Shown: positions 59,448 to 64,000 of the stretch, one piece after another
How the letters are laid out: each line of letters begins with the position of its first letter
Position numbering within the stretch: position 1 is the stretch's first letter
Assembly: GCA_964627005.1 (NCBI GenBank)
Contig: CAZVHC010000002.1
Span: 13,619 to 77,618 of the forward strand
Direction of reading: 5' to 3'
Origin: an uncultured Desulfurococcaceae archaeon
GTDB taxonomy: Archaea; Thermoproteota; Thermoprotei_A; Sulfolobales; Desulfurococcaceae
DNA: 64,000 bases
Made by a program: the position numbers and the translations under genes
The notes under the pieces: model-generated
The model's database searches: none
What the model was told of the DNA's origin: nothing
The model's input: the letters and a program-made list of their open reading frames with translations, nothing else

Positions 59448-61856
59448 TTGGCTAAGAATGTACTAGATAAGATCAAGAGGATTTTTAGGAGGAAGGAGAA
59501 GGGTAGGGTGGAGAAGAAAGTACCAAAGAAAACACTAAGGCCTAGGCTTAGAAGGATTGAGGAGAAACCACGTCCTAGTGAGGAACTAAAACCAAGAGTT
59601 AAGAAGAGAAAGGTCACTCCAAAACCATCTTCACGAAGAAAGATTCTTCTAGAGAGACTATATAGGCTAGTATTCATAATGATCCTTGAAGGAATGGTTT
59701 TCGGGATACTTGCTACACTACTCGTGTACATAGCTATATCCGGTCTACAGGAATCCCCAATAATAGTATACCTTGCTAGAGCAACAGGACTGGATAATAC
59801 ATCAGCACTAATAATCTTTGGAGTAATACTTGCATTATTAACAGGTATACTTGCAAGCGATCTAGCTATAAGGACACAGACAGGTATAAGCTTCATAAAC
59901 GTATTCCTCCGAAGAGGACGTAGGAGAGTAGCTGGTGTAAAGCCATCAATACCAATCCACGCAGGACGTATAAGCCTAGCAGGATTCTCGCTGGTCATAC
60001 CAGCGACGGGAGTACTATTGATCTACTTATTCCCGGAGGCACCAGAAGCACAGCTTGTAGGTTCAATACTTACTGGTGGAGGGATAGTGATCAGCCTATG
60101 GCTACTAATAACCTCATTAAGACCGCCGCCGCCACTTCCATGGCATGTATCATTAGCTGTAGAGTTAAGGGCTATAAAGCCTGAGGAGACGGGTAAACTA
60201 GCTGAACTACTACGTACAGCTGGAGCTACTGAAGCTCCATCAATGCTTATAGCCCGCTACCTAGCTATGGCTGTTATAGTTGGTTTCCTATTAATACCTG
60301 TAGGCACACTTATTGGTTTCTCAGCCTATTACCAGATACTCCCCATAGATGTTGTAGTAGCAATTATACTGTTGTTTGTAATAATACTTGTGACGGTAAT
60401 CTATTATCCATACATAAAGTTTAGTCAGCTTCGTGGAGAGAGGAAGAGGCTTGTAGAAAGAGATCTACCGTTCTTCGCCATATACGCTAGCGTTCTCCAG
60501 AGTGCAGGTCTATACCTTGATCAAGCACTACGTAGGCTCATAGGTAACAGGATACTTCCCGGTATGGAGAGAGAGGGTAGGATTGTTGAGAAGGAGATAA
60601 GGCTTGGAAAGGATCCATTGGAGGCGATTACAGAGCTAGCCCGTCACCATCCATCACGTAGATTCCGTGACTTCATATTTGGTTATACAGCTGTTGTCCG
60701 TAGTGGATGGGATGCCATGCTATACCTAACAACTAGGATTAAGGATTACGTGAATGAGATCAAGTTTAACTGGAGAGTATATAGTGAGAGAGCTGGTTCT
60801 ATTGGTGAAATGTTGATCATATTGTTCTTCATGACCACGGTACTATTCATATTGATTGCTGTTGTACTACCCTATGGTGGTATTGGGGATATGATGATGT
60901 TCTTCAACTTCCTAGTGATACCGATCATTACTGTATTAATGATCTCCGTTATAGACTCGATGATACCTCAGCCAAAGATTAAGGATTACTATACGGTTAA
61001 CATATATTTTGTAATAGGTGCATTCCTAATATCAATAATAATCCTATCAGCACTAAACATACCATCAATATATCTTGGAGGTGTATCATTTATTGCTATA
61101 CTGCTAGCTCTAGGTATAGACTATTATAGGCAGGCCAAGGAGATAAGAGATATAGAGGCTGCATTACCAGAGTTTCTAAGAGACATAACCGAGTATCGTA
61201 AGATAGGCTTCCCACTTGTAAGAGCATTCTTCATGATCAAGGAGAGCGGTAGAACATACAATAAGACCTTCGATAAACTAGTAAATGTAGTAATAGCACA
61301 GCTTAGAGCAGGTATAAGGCTTAACCGTGTAAAAGTACCAACAAGATCATGGCTTGGAAGATTCGTATTCTGGCTATTAGGAGAGATCGAGGATACAGGT
61401 GGTGGTACACCAGCTATCCTAGAGGAGTTCACGGGCCTCATAACAGATATGCTTGATAGCCGTGAGAATGCCAAGAGACAGCTAAGGCTCTACTTAGCAC
61501 TTGCCTATGTAACACCAGTATTCTTAGGAGTATTTGTAGCAATAGGTGTAGCGATAAACACAATGATCAAGGATGTAATGGCGGCTGTAGAACAGTCAAT
61601 GCAGGAGCTACAGACAACAGGTACTGGGCTAACACTACGTATGCCCATACAGTTACGTCCAGCAGATACGGCATTATTCCATGCAAAGATAAGTCTATTC
61701 GTATCAAGTATAGCACTAGCTCTAACAATGGGTAAGGCAGTCGATCTAACAGCTAGGAATACATTGAGAGTAGCTATAGTAGCTATAGTAGCCCTCGTAA
61801 CAATCTTCTACGTCGATATGATCGGTCAGATGTTTATGGAGATGCTCCTTGGCTAA
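59448..61856 (+). CDS. FlaJ/TadC-family polytopic membrane platform protein (two T2SSF-like domains) with a Lys/Arg-rich N-terminal extension
   Basis: 802 aa. T2SSF-like cytoplasmic regions sit around DLPFFAIYASVLQSAGLYLDQAL and ALPEFLRDITEYRKIGFPLVRAF, each followed by TM helices. TTG start. Confidence 0.65.
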   Translation: MAKNVLDKIKRIFRRKEKGRVEKKVPKKTLRPRLRRIEEKPRPSEELKPRVKKRKVTPKPSSRRKILLERLYRLVFIMILEGMVFGILATLLVYIAISGLQESPIIVYLARATGLDNTSALIIFGVILALLTGILASDLAIRTQTGISFINVFLRRGRRRVAGVKPSIPIHAGRISLAGFSLVIPATGVLLIYLFPEAPEAQLVGSILTGGGIVISLWLLITSLRPPPPLPWHVSLAVELRAIKPEETGKLAELLRTAGATEAPSMLIARYLAMAVIVGFLLIPVGTLIGFSAYYQILPIDVVVAIILLFVIILVTVIYYPYIKFSQLRGERKRLVERDLPFFAIYASVLQSAGLYLDQALRRLIGNRILPGMEREGRIVEKEIRLGKDPLEAITELARHHPSRRFRDFIFGYTAVVRSGWDAMLYLTTRIKDYVNEIKFNWRVYSERAGSIGEMLIILFFMTTVLFILIAVVLPYGGIGDMMMFFNFLVIPIITVLMISVIDSMIPQPKIKDYYTVNIYFVIGAFLISIIILSALNIPSIYLGGVSFIAILLALGIDYYRQAKEIRDIEAALPEFLRDITEYRKIGFPLVRAFFMIKESGRTYNKTFDKLVNVVIAQLRAGIRLNRVKVPTRSWLGRFVFWLLGEIEDTGGGTPAILEEFTGLITDMLDSRENAKRQLRLYLALAYVTPVFLGVFVAIGVAINTMIKDVMAAVEQSMQELQTTGTGLTLRMPIQLRPADTALFHAKISLFVSSIALALTMGKAVDLTARNTLRVAIVAIVALVTIFYVDMIGQMFMEMLLG

Positions 61857-62136
61857 ACAGAGAGAATACACTAGGAAACACATAGATAGTGTAGCAAGTG
61901 AGAAAGACATACTAGAAAACATATCATTGGAAATACTGGTTAAGATAGGCTATAAAATACATACTGCAAGGAATATTTTGAGGAGATCAATACTTCTATG
62001 GAACCTGATCGATTCATGGTATAGGGGTAGGGTATATAGTGGTGGAGAAGAGATAGTATTGGTAAGAAATAGGGATGAAGCCTCTTCCGGCGGATCTGAT
62101 TAGTGATGAACTCTTCGCTGCATGACCTCCACGGCA

Positions 62137-62186
62137 ATGATGATGGCCCGATAAACCGTATCCATGAGGAAGGATCAACCGTCTGA
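62137..62186 (+). ncRNA. Candidate box C/D sRNA (C ATGATGA, D' CCGT, C' ATGAGGA, D CTGA)
   Basis: Canonical spacing: C, 12 nt, D', 4 nt, C', 12 nt, D. The D guide AGGATCAACCGT is antisense to CGGTTGATCCT, the conserved 5' end of archaeal 16S rRNA (from memory). Confidence 0.45.
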
Positions 62187-62897
62187 GCTTTTCCTCGATC
62201 CCGGGAGTATATGCAATAGATCCTTTAAAGCCTTTAAAGTCTCGTAAATAACCACTTTTATAGCTGTGAGAATACCCTCTTTAGAACCAGCCATAGCAAC
62301 TACTTGCCAATTAATCTTCATAACAATATATGTGATCAATAGTGTTATGCCTATAAGTAGTGGTATGTATATGTATGGAGGTAATAATGCTGTTTCACGT
62401 AGGTATGTTGAGAAGGATGATCCGAAGAATACAGCTAAGCCCGTTATAACGATCTTCCCAAGTATAAGGGCTGCGAAATACCTGATCGCACTATATCCTA
62501 TAAGTCCAAGAGGTACATAGAGTACATCATCAGGTAGCGGCAGAGCTGCAAATAGGAATACAGCTACAAAAATACTTCTCCGTGCGAAACTAGCGAATAA
62601 CTCAGTATTTCTCCTCCTCTCCTCACTAAGAATAGCTCTTGCAGATCTGCCAATATAGTATACTACAAGCTTACCCAAAGCAGCGCCAAAACCACCGGAT
62701 AATGTGATGAACAAGTTTATAAGAGGATCATTAATATGTGCCGAATAGAGGATTATGAAGAAGAGATAAGGGATCGTGGAATATGGTATGGCATTACCCA
62801 GAAAAGAAATAATAAACACACCCAATACACCATAAGCATTAATAATATCCCCAAAAACACCAGAGAGATCCCAGGAGAAACTATCCATGGCACACAA
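62175..62897 (-). CDS. DedA/VTT-domain (SNARE-associated) membrane protein
   Basis: 240 aa, about 5-6 TM segments. FLGNAIPYSTIPY and LPLPDDVLYVPLGL motifs. Confidence 0.7.
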   Translation of the reverse strand: MCAMDSFSWDLSGVFGDIINAYGVLGVFIISFLGNAIPYSTIPYLFFIILYSAHINDPLINLFITLSGGFGAALGKLVVYYIGRSARAILSEERRRNTELFASFARRSIFVAVFLFAALPLPDDVLYVPLGLIGYSAIRYFAALILGKIVITGLAVFFGSSFSTYLRETALLPPYIYIPLLIGITLLITYIVMKINWQVVAMAGSKEGILTAIKVVIYETLKALKDLLHILPGSRKSSDG

Positions 62898-63246
62898 CCA
62901 TCATCCAATGCTCTCCAGAATATATGGAGAGTCTAGAACAAATAGTTACCGACAGATCAGATCCGCTGAAGAATCCTCACAGCCAACCAAGGCTCAGGCA
63001 CTGGCGGTCTCTTCATCTAGATAAAACATATTTTTGGAAACACCCTTATAGCCTAGACTACCATAGTATAGTATGGGATGAGCGGCTCCCGCCCCTCATC
63101 AATTGAGGCCTTAGCCGATGAAGTTGCTAGGCCGGTAGCGACCCATGTAGTACCCTTTTAAATAATTCTACCACCTATATTGTGGGTAATACTTATTTTC
63201 TAATGATGGTTACAAATATACTGTATATACTGGGTGCTAGGGGTGT

Positions 63247-64000
63247 ATGTTTATGAGAACTAACTATCTAGGATTGATCCTATTAGCAAGCCTATTGCTA
63301 ACAATAATAATGCCTTTGAAACCAGTACAGGCATATAGTATAAAGGGTACTCGAGTTGTTGATGGTGACCCTAGCGACTGGATTGGTACACCACCAGCTA
63401 CAACACCAGGGTATACGTATAGCAATGGCGAATTCATAGTATCCGATCCAGTGAATGATACGCTACCATATAGGAGGGCTGACTGGGATTGGCCTATAGT
63501 AAGTGATGTAGATATAGTAGAGTTTAGGCTTACAGGAGACAATGATAACATGTACCTACTGTTCAAATTTAATACTATGCAGAATGAGTGGAGCTACTAT
63601 ATAATGGTAGCCATAGATCTAACACCAGATAACCCTGAAGACGGATTTAACACATGGCTTCCAGACTATGCTGATACAGAACTTGGAGGAACTGCATTAA
63701 ATGGTTCACATGTATCTTGGCAGTGGGATTATATAATAGCTATTAATAGGGACTGGGATGACGATTCTAATAGGAACAATAGTATGATCGGTGTCTACGA
63801 TCATAGCTGGACCTTTACAGCAACAGGTGACGTGGCTTTCAATAGTACAAATAAGGTTATTGAAGCAAGCATACCATGGGACTCCATAGGAGGTGTTGAT
63901 TCATACTTAGGAAACACCATAAGGATCTGGGTAGCAGTATTCGTTAATAGCTATGGAGGCATATGGGATCCCTATGACAATAGTGCTACTGACCCTGATG
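63247..64000 (+). CDS. Secreted protein with a glucodextranase-C-like beta-sandwich domain, N-terminal fragment (continues beyond window)
   Basis: Not in the ORF track because it has no stop before the window end. ATG 63247 (or 63253) is preceded by GGGGTG. Signal peptide MRTNYLGLILLASLLLTIIMPLKPVQA, then DGDPSDW...SDPVND...DIVEFRL..DNDNMYLLFKF....W.....VAIDL. Confidence 0.55.
   Translation, partial: MFMRTNYLGLILLASLLLTIIMPLKPVQAYSIKGTRVVDGDPSDWIGTPPATTPGYTYSNGEFIVSDPVNDTLPYRRADWDWPIVSDVDIVEFRLTGDNDNMYLLFKFNTMQNEWSYYIMVAIDLTPDNPEDGFNTWLPDYADTELGGTALNGSHVSWQWDYIIAINRDWDDDSNRNNSMIGVYDHSWTFTATGDVAFNSTNKVIEASIPWDSIGGVDSYLGNTIRIWVAVFVNSYGGIWDPYDNSATDPD

Noticed and set aside
62072-62099. GGGATGA, 17 nt, then CTGA, just upstream of the candidate C/D sRNA, read as another guide unit
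   Set aside because: The 17-nt spacing is incompatible with the 12-nt rule. It also lies inside the doubtful 84-aa ORF.
61849-62103. 84-aa ORF overlapping the FlaJ-like gene stop
   Set aside because: It has a TTG start, no recognisable motif and an odd composition, and its 3' part overlaps the box C/D-like motifs. It is probably non-coding, so it is not listed as a feature.
62956-63018. Box C/D-like motifs on the minus strand upstream of DedA (GATGA, 15 nt, CTGA, 13 nt, GTGAGGA, 13 nt, CTGA)
   Set aside because: The guide spacings are 15 and 13 nt rather than 12, and the C box is weak (UAGAUGA). The region could simply be the DedA 5' leader. It cannot be excluded without RNA data.
62924-63106. 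60-aa ORF in the DedA / secreted-protein intergenic region
   Set aside because: The composition is unconvincing (His/Pro/Trp/Arg-rich). It spans predicted promoter and structured-RNA sequence and has no motif.
63075-63137. GGGATGA and CCGATGA motifs in the GC-rich island read as C and C' boxes
   Set aside because: No CTGA or TGA D-type box follows either motif at 12 nt.
1553-63566. Nested or antisense ORFs in the six-frame track, for example 1553-1789, 5981-6178, 8487-8675, 8754-9119, 13100-13498, 15273-15644, 19030-19413, 25441-25842, 35112-35495, 37671-38207, 43706-44203, 59411-59998 and 63264-63566
   Set aside because: Each lies inside, or opposite to, a gene with strong family motifs. 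Their translations are Ser/Leu/Ile-rich and low in complexity, as expected for the antisense of AT-rich coding DNA, and none has a recognisable motif.
1-64000. CRISPR arrays, transposases, integrases, IS elements, prophage or plasmid modules, rRNA genes
   Set aside because: Reading both strands showed no regularly spaced direct repeats and no ORF with transposase, integrase or Cas motifs. The only tandem or dispersed repeats seen are the short ones listed under features and findings.

Overview
Dense archaeal chromosomal window, roughly 40% GC by eye, with about 65 genes. It looks crenarchaeal: TIP49, an archaeal-type SAM synthetase, NucS, a GPN-loop GTPase, TBP, the HMG-CoA synthase/DUF35/HMG-CoA reductase trio, and oligo-T terminators. 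Most of it is housekeeping: information processing (Rio2, NFACT/Rqc2, Sm protein, L35Ae, DNA ligase, UDG, NucS, Lhr helicase, TBP, tRNA-Lys), metabolism (MfnA decarboxylase, SAM synthetase, mevalonate genes, an aminotransferase, two radical SAM enzymes), glycosylation and envelope genes (DPM1-like GT2, a GtrA-like protein, a processive QxxRW GT2), and one large Opp/Dpp-type ABC transporter locus. I saw no CRISPR array, transposase, integrase or rRNA gene. Items worth a second look: (1) a 163-aa stand-alone protein downstream of tbp whose motifs align with the GGDEF/Cas10-palm cyclase fold (signature GTEEA); (2) a candidate box C/D sRNA with canonical box spacing whose D guide is antisense to the conserved 5' end of archaeal 16S rRNA; (3) a GC-rich hairpin with an 11-bp stem and a kink-turn-like base between lig and a small ORF; (4) the Rio2 gene, whose conserved N-terminal coding sequence sits upstream of the first usable start codon and behind an in-frame TAG; (5) an atypical ABC transporter locus with a 1029-aa binding protein carrying a coiled-coil stalk, permeases with large extracytoplasmic insertions, a shared Cys-containing domain in a neighbouring small membrane protein, and an opposite-strand radical SAM gene inside the locus; (6) an archaellum/type IV pilus-like module (two FlaF/FlaG-like proteins plus an 802-aa FlaJ/TadC-like platform) with no ATPase or major filament subunit in the window; (7) a block of five small uncharacterised ORFs next to the Lhr helicase. 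All functional calls come from motif recognition by eye and memory of protein families. No database search was run.
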